A DNA stretch of 41,653 bases from Octopus sinensis (taxonomy: Eukaryota). The translations under genes were made by a program, and so were the position numbers. Below, one piece after another: positions 11,588-25,004 of this stretch. The DNA lies in contig NW_021835257.1 in assembly GCF_006345805.1 (NCBI RefSeq), positions 1 through 41,653 of the forward strand. Direction: 5' to 3'. The notes below the pieces were generated by a model that was not told the DNA's origin, made no database searches, and saw nothing but the letters and a program-made list of their open reading frames with translations. Every line of letters starts with the position of its first letter. Position 1 is the first letter of the stretch.

Positions 11588-12016
11588 AGGTAGACATAAC
11601 CCTTTGAATGAATTTAATACACAGAAACTGAAATAAACTTGTGTGCGTGTATGTGTGTGTGTGTGTACGTGTGCATGCATGTGTGTGTGTGGGGGGGGGT
11701 TGTATTCTAGTCTTGTCTTGACATCATGCAACAGTTGTAAATGAGAATCACCATCACACAAATGATATTACTAATTTCTAATCTTCTGTGAAAACATGCC
11801 TGACCACAGGGAAATATCATTTATCAATTTGCTTGAAAAACAAATAAAATTTAATGACAAGAGAGTAATAGGAAATCTGCCTCAACAAATTCGGTCTGGC
11901 CAACACAAGTATGGAAAAGTGAATGTTAAAATGATGGTGTATGAATGCATATACACAAAACTCACATACATATATATGCTTACATACAAACCTACATGTG
12001 TATGTATGTATGTGTT

Positions 12017-12059
<43 letters not shown>

Positions 12060-12095
12060 TGTGTGTGTGTGTGTGTGTTGTGTGTGTGTGTGTGT

Positions 12096-12272
12096 GATGG
12101 GGTACTGAAAAGTTCTTGGCTTTAAGGGTATTGTGAAAGGCCTGGTAGGAGGCCCAACCTCCTGAGTTCTTTTACAGGGCTTAGCAAAATTGAAGGACTG
12201 CTGCAATAAGTGTGTGAATACCTTCTTGGTATTTTCTTTTACCCAAAGCCAGGAACTCTTCAGCAGACACTC
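12096..12272 (+). mobile_element. mariner-type MITE
   Basis: TIRs gtactgaaaagttcttggcttt / aaagccaggaactcttcagca; interior reads [10 protein letters not shown] or [10 protein letters not shown], the latter like a mariner transposase C-terminus. Confidence 0.7.
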
Positions 12273-12396
12273 AGGTACACACACACACACACACGCACAC
12301 ACACATATACATACATACATGCATACATACATATATATATATGTATGTATATGTATATATACATATGTATGTATATATGCATGTATGTATGTGTAT

Positions 12397-12462
<66 letters not shown>

Positions 12463-12562
12463 TTATATATTCTTTTATTCTTTTACTTGTTTCAGTCATG
12501 CTGAAGTAACATCTATATATATATATGTGCATGCATGTATGTATATAAGTATATATATGTAT

Positions 12563-15500
12563 TATCATCATTATTAGTTAACATCTGCTTCATGCTGGCA
12601 TGGGTTGGATATTTTCATAGGATCTGATGTGTGCAAGGTCTGCATCAGGCTCCAGTGTCACTTTTTTGCATGGCTTCTATGGTTGACTGACCTTCCTAAT
12701 GCTAACCCCTCTGTAATGTAGACTGGGTGCTTTTTTGTGCCATCCGCACTAATGAGGCCACTATGCAACTCACAGAACTACAAACCTTGGGGTGGGAGAA
12801 ATGTCAGATTTATGTAAGACAGTAAGGGGATTGACTGTTGATGAGAAGTGGCAGTAGGGAAGAGTAGGTTCTTGTAAAGGATCTGCATGGCTACTCACAT
12901 CTTGTTGGGGAGGGGGAAAGAAAGACAAGATGAACAGTAAGAGCTTCAAGAGCTACATAATGGTGATGAGGCACCTTGGTGACCCCACTAGGCATAAGGT
13001 GAGTTGAAGAATCATTTTGCAATGAGAATGTGGGAATGGGGAAATAAACAACCAAAATGGGTATGGTTGAAGGGTGGGTGAACAAGGAGCTCTTAGTTGG
13101 GGGATATAGTGGGATGCTGAAGAGAGTGGAGAAGTGGAGAAAGCAACAAGAGTAGTAGAGAGCATACAGTTGTCAGGGAAGGACACAAGAAGGAGGAACG
13201 ACATGGTTGGTAGTCTGCAGGAGCTGAGTGGCAGGGTGGAGAGGTAGGCTTAATACATGGAAGAGGATGAGTCACTGTATTGTGGGTGAAGAGCACAATA
13301 TATAGCACTTTCAGAACACAGTTCCACTGATGAAGGTAGGTCTTCTCAAGAACCTCATACTGCCAGAGATCTCAGTCCTTGTCATCTCCTCTGTCAAGCT
13401 TAAGTTTCTGAGGCCAGCCTTAACAATTTCATCCCATGTTTTCCTGTGTCTCCCTCTTCTGCAGAGTTCCAGCCACATTTAGCAATTGTCATTTCTTTAT
13501 ACAGCTATCTTCATCAATACACACTATATGTCAATATCAGTGCAGTCTTATTCCTCTTTTACTCAGCATCTTTGTACTAATTCTTTTATGCACCCTCACA
13601 TTGTACATCCAACAGAATATGTTTGCTAAATATCTTTCTCATCTTCTCAAGTCTTCTGCATTCAAGGTCCATGTCTCACTACCATGCAGCATTGAAGTTC
13701 AAACACAAACATCATTCAGTCTGCCCTTCACTCTTGGGAAAAAGATCTTTGTTGTCAGCAGTGGTAATAGCTCCCTGATCTTTCCCCAGCCAGTTCTCAC
13801 TCTAGTTATAATACTTTCGGGGCAACCATCTCCCATGATAATTATATCTCCTAGATAACAAAACCTATCAACTATTTCTTGTGAGCCATCTGGGTATTTA
13901 AGAGATTTAATTTCCATTGTGCTTGTATGAACTGTTCCAGTGCATTTACTGCATGTGAAGTTTGCATTTTGAATTCCACTACAACACTTGTATGTCCATA
14001 TCTTACATCAAGTATGTATATGGAGTTTATTCCTATTCCTTTTCTGCATATCAAGCAAGGGTATTTTCCTGTAAGTACCAGGGTTCTATTTTCTTTCTTG
14101 CTTACTAAAACCTCCATCTTTGCTATTTTTAACTTAAGGCCTCTCACTTCCACATTTAGCTGTCATGCCTGGAATTCCTTCTTTAATTCCCCTATGGATG
14201 CAACCTTGAGAACTGGATCCTCAGCATATAGAAGCTCCTCTGTGACGGCTTATGGACTCCTACTTCATACTAAATTTATCACAGAACTTTCACTTTACTT
14301 GCTACATCCATTTACATAGCTTGAATTACATACATAAGCCATTCATCTACACCTAGATCCATCAGTGCCCACTAGATTACTGGACATAGTACCCTGTCAA
14401 AGGCTTTCTGCAAATCAATGAAAGCTAGGTATTTCTATGTAGTTGCCTCACTAGGAAGATTGTATCTATGGTCTCTCTTCTGGGGGAAAAGCCAAGCAGC
14501 ATCTCATCCAGGTCAACTCTATAACAGATCAAGTAGGCTATGACTTTCTCCATGAGGTTCATAACTTGATCTAGAACTTTGATTCCCTTATAGCTGCTTC
14601 TCTTTAAGGTATCACCTTTACCCTTGCAGCAGCTTATGATGATACTACTATGCCAGTTATTGGGTATAGAACCCTCCTGAATGACTTGATTAACTATCCA
14701 GAGGGTCTTGCATCCCACTTCCCCAGTTATTTTAAGCATCTCTGCAATTATTTCCAATAAACCAGAGCCTTTTTCCCTATTCATATCCTTGATTACTTAT
14801 CTACCACATTGCTGTCAACTTGAATTGTTGGTCCTTTTATTGGGTTAGCATGAAATAATCCCTGTTTATTCCATACATTCTCCACATTCAGCAGCTTTTC
14901 ATAATAGCACTTCCAAGCCAGATTCTTTTGTTCTATAGCGACGGTAAGTTTACCTTAATTAGAATTCCTCTAAACTTATTCCCAATTGCTGGATCTTTTA
15001 ATTTCTAAACCTTCCTTCACCATGTTGTTTTACTTTTTTTTGTTTCTACCTAATCCTGACACAAAAGTTACAAGCCACAAACCTATGTCGCATAATGCAT
15101 TCTTCACCAAAAAAGGTTTTGGTATTCATAATAATCCTTCTGTCCCATTTCCTGGTGAGAATGTAATCTACCTGACTTTTATGTTCACTAGATTGGTAGG
15201 TGATGAGGTGGCTGGATGGTTTCTTAAAGAGTGTGTCGCAAATTTTAGATCAGTTGCTCCACAAAACTCCATAAGCCTTACATTTGCCTCATTCCTTGAG
15301 ACTTAACCATAGTTTCTATGTACATTGCAAAAGCCACCAATATGCTGACCAACATGTCTGTTAAAGTCTCCAGCTATAACAATGAAGTCACTGTCACACA
15401 TAACTGAGGTAATCTACAGGAGGTTCTCAGGGAAGTGATCCTTCTGTTCTGGCTGATACAGTTGTGTGTCATATGCTGAGATACATGTTGCTCCTTTGAT

Positions 15501-15780
15501 ACCTACAATTAGTTTTAACTATTTATCCTATCACACACCTCTATTAATTTATCTATCTGTCTTCCAGCTAACAGTATACCTACTCAACCTCTGTCATCAC
15601 TATTGTTCACTCAGAAGAATTTAAATTGCTGCTTCTTACTGGTGAGAAGTTTAATTGAAGACCTTTTCCATCTTACCTTTTGCATACAGCTGACATCCAT
15701 TCATCTCTGCTCCAGTATTTCTTCAATCTCACAACCTTTCATCATGTCTACATGTTTTGAAATCTATGAAAGAAAGTGGC
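12563..15780 (-). mobile_element. decayed near-full-length RTE LINE
   Basis: minus-strand relics with many stops and frameshifts: APE N-terminus ~15700, SYKGIKVLDQVM...RETIDTIFLVRQL (14425-14784), GKYPCLICRKGIGINSI (13872-14153), VDRFCYLGD...RVRTGWGKIRELLPLL (13699-13917); 3' tail with (CAT)n at ~12565. Confidence 0.85.
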
Positions 15781-16984
15781 TTGTTTTCTGTGATAAGGCT
15801 TCTTTGTTCTTTGTTGATCACAATCTAGCTGCATCTGTATGCGTGAGCCATGCTTGGACAGCAGGTAGTAGATTGACAAGTACGATTAATTTTCCCTTTC
15901 ATTAAAATTGCCATCATTCATTCATTTGTTCTCCAAGACTTGTACATGCTTTATCAAGTACCACACGCACACACATTATGCAGGCAAACTTACACACATA
16001 CCTTTTGTTCAGTATATTCAATTTTCTAACATAAGGAAAACTGATGTGGAACATTTGCAGCAAAATTTGCACCAGATGTAAAAACAATAACCATTGCATG
16101 GTTGTTTAGAACAGAACATGGAAATTATATACTTCTAAGAGTCAGCCACACTGTTGATAATTAACAATTGATTCAGATTAAGGTGGTAGATATTTGTAGA
16201 CATATTCAGCTTGCTGTATTCAACTTCTCTACTCATATTACAAATGTTATAATGTTTATCTGTAATTATTAATGCATTCGTTTATGTTATTGAGTGTTTA
16301 AGTAAAAGTTTGGATAATTTAATGTTTTTACACGCCCACCAAATTTGTGTTCTGCAAATTTATTTTGTTAGCAAATCAGGGAAAATGTACAAAACTTTTT
16401 TTAAATCTCAGCATGTAATTCTCTACTGTTGTTCTAAAGATATATCACTATTTCTTAGATAAAAACATGATTCTGCACCCATGAGGTTACCTAATAAAAA
16501 TGGCAGAGAGAACCCTACTTTGGTATACTCCGCCCTTCTCCTTAAATGTTAAGGGCTTACCCACCCTTTTTTTTCAATATCATCAATTCCAACTTTCCTC
16601 CCTACCATAAGTACCACTTGATCTTTAATTGATCCACCCTCAAATTATCCTACACCTCACTGCCTAATATTGAATCCACCATAGCCTCATCTAATAAACA
16701 CATAACACTCCTAAGGAAAATAATAAATATAATAAAAATGATTATAATAATAAGAATAATAATAAGTACATCTGCCATAACGTTGACATTAATATTAAGC
16801 CTAGTAATGGAAATGCAAACAACAGCCATAATACTACCCTTCATGAGAATACTATTGATGGTGGTCCTAATGCTATGGCTAACAGCCATCCTAATGATAG
16901 TGATAATTACTATGATAATATGACCAGTGGTAACATTGATAATATTAATAATGATAATGCTAATAATAATAATTATTCTACTAT

Positions 16985-17078
16985 AGCCACAAGGCCAGCA
17001 ATTTCAGGTGCAGAGATAAGTTGATTACATTGACCCCACTAGTAATTAATTTATCGACCCCGAAAGGATGAAAGGCAC
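16985..17078 (-). mobile_element. SINE family B fragment
   Basis: ttaatttatcgaccccgaaaggatgaaaggca. Confidence 0.75.
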
Positions 17079-17499
17079 TTCCTAAGGCATTTCTTTATAG
17101 AGGTGTCTGTCTGTATATGCTCCTTTATACAGATGCATAGTTTCCTAGTGGTGCTCCCTATGTAGGATGCACCACATTTATTGCAGATTACCTTGTATAC
17201 TACATAGGCCCTCAAATTTTAATGTCGTTGATGGGGCAGTTGGTGACTGTGCACCCCACAGTGATCTCTGTGGTATTTTTCCTTGACAGAGCTTGCCTCA
17301 GGGATGTACCAACTGTATGTTAAGTGTGTACCAACTGTATGTTAATATGTATATATATTTGATTATAGTTTGAGTCAGCTCAATGTAGGACATGTTCATC
17401 AAATCAGATGTTTGGGGGCAGATGAGATGGATGTGTCCTACATACCTATGTAGAACTGAATCAGATTGATATTACTATTTTATATTTTTGAGATAAGGA

Positions 17500-17765
17500 A
17501 TTATATATATTATTTACAATGGACGTCCTCAACAAATGTCCCCATCTTGTTTGTTGTTATCATGTTTCGGCTGGTGTACTCTCCAGCCTTCAGCAGGTGT
17601 TCTGATGGAATTTTGAACCCAACCAAAGTACTACTGCCATCCATACAATTCACAATGGAAAAGGAAAAGACAATCAGCTGGCATTCCTGGACATATTAAT
17701 AGCACACACTGAGCATGAGATCAGGACATCTGTATACCACAAGCCAACCTTCACTGGACAATTAT
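17500..17765 (+). mobile_element. Penelope-like element fragment: RT thumb region with inverted pseudo-LTR piece upstream
   Basis: with one frameshift reads PSIQFTMEKE-DNQLAFLDILIAHTEHEIRTSVYHKPTFTGQ, matching the PLE RT motif I.FT.E.E....L.FLD...VYRKPT; hammerhead-like core on the opposite strand at 17558-17597. Confidence 0.8.
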
Positions 17766-17815
17766 TCATCATGTGTCATTATTCATTTGATATATATATA
17801 TATATATATATATAT

Positions 17816-18025
17816 ACTCTTTTACTCTTTTACTTGTTTCAGTTATTTGACTGTAGCCATGCTGGATCACTGCCTTAGTCGAGGAAATCAACCCCAGGAC
17901 TTATTCTTTGTGAGCCTAGTACTTATTCTATTGGTCTCTTTTGCCGAACCGCAAAGTTATGGGGATGTAAACACATCACCATCAGTTGTCAAGCAATGTT
18001 GGGGGGACAAACACAGATACAACAA

Positions 18026-18062
<37 letters not shown>

Positions 18063-18207
18063 ATATATATATATACGACGGGCTTCTTTCAGTTTCTGTC
18101 AACCAAATCCACTCACAAGGCTTTGGTTGGCCCAAGGCTATAGTAGACGACACTTACCCAAGGTGCCACGCAGTGGGACTGAACCTGGAACCATGTTGTT
18201 GGTAAGC
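17816..18207 (-). mobile_element. SINE family A, near-complete
   Basis: reverse complement of the 1619-1956 arrangement plus head part cagtgggactgaacctggaacc. Confidence 0.85.
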
Positions 18208-18254
18208 GATATGGACTTAGCCTATATGTACACACACACACATATATATATATA

Positions 18255-18535
18255 TTAATTTATCGACCTCGAAAAGATGAAAGGCAAAGTCAACCTCGGT
18301 GGAATTTGAACTCAGAATGTAATGGCAGACGAAATACCAATAAGCATTTTGCCCAGTGTGCTAACGTTTCTGCCAGCTCGCTGCCTTTCTTTCAGTTTCT
18401 GTCAACCAAATCCACTCACAAGGTTTTGATTGGCTCAGGCTACACTAGAAGACACTTGGCCAAGATGCCATGAAGGAGGACTGATTTTGAAATCATGTGG
18501 TTAGAAAGTAAACTTCTTAACCATACAGCCATGCA
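18255..18535 (-). mobile_element. SINE B 5' half joined to SINE A 5' half
   Basis: 18255-18385 matches 2400-2535; 18386-18535 matches the 18085-18200 part of SINE A. Confidence 0.75.
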
Positions 18536-18678
18536 TACATGAAACTGAAGATTCGTTCCATCATTACTCCAAGTTTCTCATTTTTATCCCTTTCTTCCAG
18601 TCATCTTAAAGAATGAGATAAAAATACACAAGTCAGAACATTAGAGGAGCAATGTTTATGCTTCAAATGAATGAATGA

Positions 18679-18726
<48 letters not shown>

Positions 18727-20315
18727 ATGTGTGTGTATATATATAAATATATATATATATATATGCAAGCTTGCATACGTGCTTGTGTGTGTGTTGTAGT
18801 GAATTGCTTATGATAAAAGAAAAAAGTGCATACTAATGATATGGACTTAGCCTAATATATTTTATTTCCAGTTTATTTAAATGAGAACCAGCAATAACCA
18901 ATGACACATCTATTCTTTGACTGTAGGATCTGGAGCCAATTTGCTAGTGTGGTGATGGTGAAAATAATCCCTCACACTTTTGAAGTGGAAAAAAGAAATA
19001 TTGAAAAATACATGGGCTTTGCTGCTAAAACTGCAATCTTATTTTGAATAAAATTTATTTATCAATAGTGTTTTGCAACTCAATTTTTAACCATCAGTGT
19101 CATGGATTGAACATTCCTTATTATTCCCATGATGGAAGCTAAAATTATGCAAGAAATGAACTAACCCAAATAATCGACTATTCCAAGCTAACGTTATTAT
19201 AGAAGACTGAATTGATTTACCCTTTCACTTTCTATATGAATGCCTTTTATATGCAATTGTGTAACCATAGAGTGGATCATTCGTGTGTTACCGAGCTGTT
19301 AACCAGGAGCAAGCTGTTTTAACGTTTCCTTCATTCTCTTCCTTCAAAGTACCACAGAAACCAATGGAGCTTTTTGTTGGGTTTTTTTTTCAGTCTTCAT
19401 CATGGCACTCTCTTTTCAGCTTGTCTAAACCATTAGGCCTGTTTTCAAGCTGAATAATCATGCAAAATAAATAAATAAATAAAAAAATTAACAAAAATGT
19501 TTTAGCTTCTCTCATTTATACCAAAGTGAAATTATCTGCTTTGGTCATGTGTAACTTTTAGAAAGAACTGGTATTCATACTCATATGTAAAACCATGCTC
19601 TCATCAAATGTTGACATTTTAAACCTGTTATGTATTGCTAGCTAATTTAAATCAGGACTCACCACTTCTCATACCTAACATATGAAATGCTATTTTATAT
19701 TAATTGAATAGCTATATTTTTATTTTTTTAATTTTTATACATATATACACATATGCAACACACAAACTGCAGTTTATCAATATTATAAAATGCTAAGTCA
19801 CGTGTTGAGTTTTGTTTGTTGCAACTACATCTGTTGTGCAAATAGTTTAAAAGCAATGGTTAATTCATTTTCTCACTGATACACATACAAATACTTGCAC
19901 ACACACACACACACACACATACACACACACACACACACACATACATACACATACGCATACATGAACACATATATGAACTCACAAACACATTGATATTCTT
20001 AAATATTTTACTCATTTCATGAACTGCAGCTCTGCTGAGACATCACCTTCAAGAGTTTAGTCAATCATATTGATCTCAGTACTATGCAAATCTGTTACTT
20101 ATTTTTCTCTCTCTATTTTTCAAACTAAGTCAGGAGCAGTTATACATTTAAGTGTATAAAAATAAGAACGTTCTCCTATTCTTAATAATATATTACTGAC
20201 TATATTTTACATGCAGCGGCAATACACATAAGTTTGGAATGACAACAAGATTTCTTTTTAAGATATATACATTATTATTTTACATATTTTACAATCATGT
20301 TTGATGTTGGAAGTT

Positions 20316-21281
20316 TGTAAGTGTTCGCATGTTTTTGTGTCTGTGTGTTCGTTAGGCGTAAAAAGGTACTGACCAGTGAATTGACGATGGGATTTGATTC
20401 ACAGTTAATGTTGTTGGTATCGGCTTGGCAACAGGTAATAACAGATGGCTTAAGGTAGTTCTTAGAAGAAACTAGAACCCAAGAAACAGATAATTGATTT
20501 ACCGTTTATGAGGTACACTGTAAGAGTTCCATATCAAGATATTGCATGTCGCAGTTGAGATTAATTGAATCACTCGTTGTGTTTATCTTTCTCTTGATAT
20601 GAATATACTTCCAGACATGTTTCTGTAGCCGTTTTCTTCGTGGCGAGAATTTCACCTAACCGCTATAGTTGAATCTGTAGTTGTCTCGTGTACAATTTAA
20701 ATCTTCGATGTTTGTCGATTGGTTCTTGCTGCTTCTTCATCATATGTTCTGCTTGGTAATTTTTCTCTAGTTATAGATATCTTGTAACCGTTTTCTTCAT
20801 GGTGATATTTCACACTAACAGTATGTTAGGTATCTGTAACATCTTGTATTAATGGTGGTCGCCTGCCTCGAAACTGGAACTTGGTCGAGTATCTCTGTGT
20901 GGTCAGAGACTTAGCTCTTAAAAGAACTAAAAGCCTAAGACAAGCTGTGTGTGGTCAGAGGTTCGCCCTTAGAAGGACTGGAAACCTAAGACGAATATTC
21001 TTCTGAGAAACCTTATTTATAGGCTTTACATGGCTCCCAATGAACTTCCGAAATGGAAAGCTGTGATTGGCTGCTTGGACTATGGCGCGAAAATAAGTCG
21101 AGACATTTTGCGCCAAGTTATAACCAGCGGTGCGAGCGTAGTAGAGACCAACGTGTCAGCCAATCGAATTAGTGTTTACATCAATGTTGAACCAGCCAAA
21201 CCTGTTTGTAATCTCGACCGAGGTCATTCTATATACTCTTCTCAAACAGTGAAGATAGCACTGAGAGACGATATTGCTACA
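20316..21281 (-). mobile_element. probable solo LTR
   Basis: TGTA...TACA termini; flanks agtt / agtg; CpG content above background; minus-strand TATA (cctataaataagg ~21011-21023) with a CCAAT upstream; internal duplications at ~20625/20785 and ~20897/20948. Confidence 0.55.
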
Positions 21282-22179
21282 AGTGTAATGTTTTTTTAAA
21301 CATCTTCTGACATTCATTATCCTTCCATCCTATCCATTAACCATGCGGATGTTGAGAGATTGGCATTTGTTGATAACATCACAACCAAATTTTGCCACTT
21401 TTCTCAGTTTTCCACTGCCCTCTGTGAGTTGGCAAAATTGAGGCATGTCCACGCTTTGATGTTAACAAGTGCAATAATCAATCCAGGCACCTGTTTCTCT
21501 CCAAGCTGCAACCATATGCCTCTACTTAAGACATGCCTTGGCTCTGAATACTAGACCATTGACCTGAGCATGTTTCCTTGGGAAGCCTTAGCCAGTGTCT
21601 CTCACCTACTAATGCAATGTTAACACCATTCCCTCACCTGGTTTAACCCACAAGCTGAAGTGGAGTACCAGGGTGTGGTGCTAGGAGCCATCAAGTGACA
21701 GGTAAGGAGCTGAATGAGAACTAGTGATGCCTGTCCACCTGATCATTCCTGGTAAGATGCAGCTGCCATACACCAAAAGGTACTACTTCTATTCAGATCC
21801 CTCTACACTTTCATTATACTCACTTCAGATTTATGCTTTGAGGTAAAAGGCCATCAGGTTTGGTTGTGGATGCAGGAAAAGTTGCTTCAAGATACCTGTG
21901 GATCAGGAGGTGCAAATCTTGGAAGGGGTGGTGCTACCAAGGGTAGCAGTAAAAGGAGGCAAGCTGGGGCTTGATTAATCCCAGCTGGGCCACCTAGATA
22001 CTGGTGTTTGATATTGGAAGACTGGAAACACCTAATGGCTTCATGAAAACATCACTGATGATGCAATAGCTGAATCCCAGGATGATGTCTGAAAAAATGA
22101 GAACCAGAAGCTGTAAAAAATTTATTTTTAATTTTACATGAACAATATAAAAGGTACTTAAAAAACAATTATAAGGATA

Positions 22180-23858
22180 CTCAGTAAAAATAAGTGAAAA
22201 TAGTATAGATTAACATTGGGAACCACCAATTATGAATAATTTAACCTGGAATGTGTATGTGTGTCATCCCATAAGTTCTGTTCAAATTTTGAATAAAGAA
22301 AACAAGTGATCAAATGTTATATTTAATTGAAATTTTAATCATCAATGTACTTTCCTTGATTATCTATTTACAAGCTTTTTAATCCTATCAATGTAAAACT
22401 CTTTTGGTTTCAAAGTGAAGAACTCTGAAATGTCAGTTTCAACCTCCTCCTGGCTTGCGAAAGTTATGTCCCCCAAATGATTCTGTAAACTATGAAACAA
22501 ATGGTAGTCTGAAGGATCAAGGTCAGGAGAATAAGGTGGATGAGGAATTTTTTCCCAACCAAGCTCTTCGATCTTCTGTGATGTGATCTTTGCAGTGTGG
22601 GGGCGTACATTGGCCTAATGAACTCTTTTTTGAGTTGGGTCATAGCTGCATTTTTTGTTAACTCTGAATAATCTTTGTGTCAAAAAATAATAATGGCAGA
22701 CCCTCAGCTTACTAAAAAAATGAAGAGGCATGCTGTTATTGTGGTTATAAAGGCTGAGCATAGGGCTTTAGAAATAACTCGATTTTTAAAAGTTGCCAGA
22801 TCTTTCATCTACAAAATTTGTAAGGCACTAGAGACTGAAGATGGAAGTATATTACCAGTATCAAAGCATAAAAAAGCATTCTAAATGCTCTGAAATCATC
22901 AGAACACCTGAATTTATTCAGCAAATTCAACAGACCATTGATTACAAAAGTCCATGAATCCCAGAAAGACCATGAGGTCAATTGCAAAAGATTTCTATGT
23001 GTCAGAAGAAACAGTCAGAAATGTTGTCCACAAAGACATCAGATATAAGTCTTATATGATGAGGAAAAGTCAATTTGTCAGAAAAAGCAAAAGAAAATCA
23101 CTACATCAGATCTAAAAGACTCTTAAACAAACTAAAAAATCCAGCAGAAGAAGATTTGATCTGGTTTTTCTCAAACGAGAAAAACTTCAACCAAGATCAA
23201 AAAGTTAACAGAAGAAATGACAGATGGTTATGTGCAGACCCTTCTGAAGTTCCAAGTGTTATGCATACAAAATTTCCTGCAACTGTCATGGTTTTAGGAG
23301 TTGTCAACAATGAAGGATGTGATGCCGCCTTCTTTCTTTCCATAAGGCTGTAGGGTTAACTCTGCCATCTACATTGAGGTCCTGGAAATAATTGTTAATC
23401 CTTGGATAGACAGTGTATGCAATGGAAAGCCATTTATGTTCCAGTAAGACTTTGTACTATTGCACATAGTTCTAGTAACACAGGAATGGATGGCTGAAAA
23501 TTTTCATGATCACTTAACCCCTAACATTTGGCTTCCTAATTCCCCAGATCTCAATCCATTGGATTATTACATGTGGAACGTTGTTGAGAGAGAGGTCAAT
23601 GAACATGCCCATAACACCAAAGATTCTTGAAAGCTGCCATTGTCAGAGTAATGTCAAAAATGAACCAGGACCACTTGATTCGAATATGTAGATGATTTAG
23701 ATCTCATATAGAAGCAATTGTTGAAGCTGAATAACATTATAGAAAAGGTTTATTTTTTATACTCATAGCATTTTTTGATAAATAAAGTTATTATCTGTTA
23801 TTATATATTGTTTTTTTTTTTAAACATAAATCTGACCTCAAATATCTTACTCACCCTG
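22180..23858 (+). mobile_element. DD37D (maT-type) Tc1/mariner transposon
   Basis: right end aatatcttactcaccctg followed by TA; left TIR not recognised, so the left boundary is approximate. Confidence 0.75.
22693..23734 (+). pseudogene. DD37D transposase pseudogene
   Basis: N-terminal HTH-like region, WFFSNEKNF (first D lost), FQ*D...37 aa...SPDLNPLDYYMW; several stops and frameshifts. Confidence 0.9.
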
Positions 23859-23930
<72 letters not shown>

Positions 23931-23931
23931 G

Positions 23932-24016
<85 letters not shown>

Positions 24017-24056
24017 ATAATATATATATATATATATTATATATATATATATATAC

Positions 24057-24241
24057 TTTATTTGTAGGTTTACAAGACTACCATTGATTTCATGCTGAGA
24101 GAATTTCTCAACAGTTATCAACCCTGCACATGGAATGCTGGTACTCGTCTCCATCCAATGTTCCATGCTACAGGCTTGATAATTGCTGAGAAATTTCTCT
24201 TGGCATGAAGCCAATGATATCCTTGTTAACCTACAAATAAA
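24057..24241. repeat. fold-back element (~80-bp arms) in (TA)n
   Basis: tttatttgtaggtttacaag...catggaa versus ttccatg...cttgttaacctacaaataaa; 25-nt spacer. Confidence 0.85.
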
Positions 24242-24305
24242 TATTTATTCATCATGCAGTGTTGAGCACACATTCTCACTGTTTGATATTAGCATGCACA
24301 ATATA

Positions 24306-24377
<72 letters not shown>

Positions 24378-24384
24378 CTTTATA

Positions 24385-24846
24385 TAATCGGGGTTCAGTA
24401 AAAAAATTTACTTTACTACACACCGAACTTTTAGAAATAGCAGCCAAAGAATTTAGCATTTCCTCTACTATAAGAAGAGTCTCCCAGACAATGTATACTC
24501 AAAAACAATTCACGTAGGTATGGAGGGAAAATAACGAAAGATCACTCGTACATCAATTACATCAAATTTAAACTTAATGAAATCTTGGGCTTATGACAGG
24601 AATGTTGATATAGGTATGTATTTCTAGCATCTCTATATCTAACTACCCAGAAACGGCGTTCTCAAGTAATCGATGTATGAGTGATCTTTCGTTATTTTTC
24701 CCTCTATACCTACGTGAATTGTTTTTGAGTATACATTGTCTGGGAGACTCTTCTTATAGTAGAGGAAATAGCTAAATTCTTTGGCTGCTATTTCTAAAAG
24801 TTCGGTGTGTGGTAAAGTAAATCTTTTTACTGAACCCTAATTATAT
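24385..24846. mobile_element. fold-back element (~175-bp arms) in (TA)n with degenerate hammerhead in spacer
   Basis: 24387-24560 pairs with 24666-24846 at high identity; spacer contains ttggg-CTTATGA...GAAAC-ggc-GTT-ctcaa. Confidence 0.85.
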
Positions 24847-24956
24847 AAAGTAATGTTTTAAATATACTGTAAATGGTCCTTTTACATACTGAACACTACT
24901 TGGTAAAATTATTAATTACTAATTAATTAATTTTACCCTTATTATTATTATATTAT

Positions 24957-24984
<28 letters not shown>

Positions 24985-25004
<20 letters not shown>

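Noticed and set aside
16698-17024. 108-codon Asn-rich open frame not in the ORF track
   Set aside because: Expected from a decayed (AAT)n tract, where the AAT frame rarely gains stops; it runs into a SINE and has no clear splice sites
21030-21299. 89-aa ORF of ordinary composition
   Set aside because: Lies in the putative LTR, crosses its end, and shows no recognisable motif
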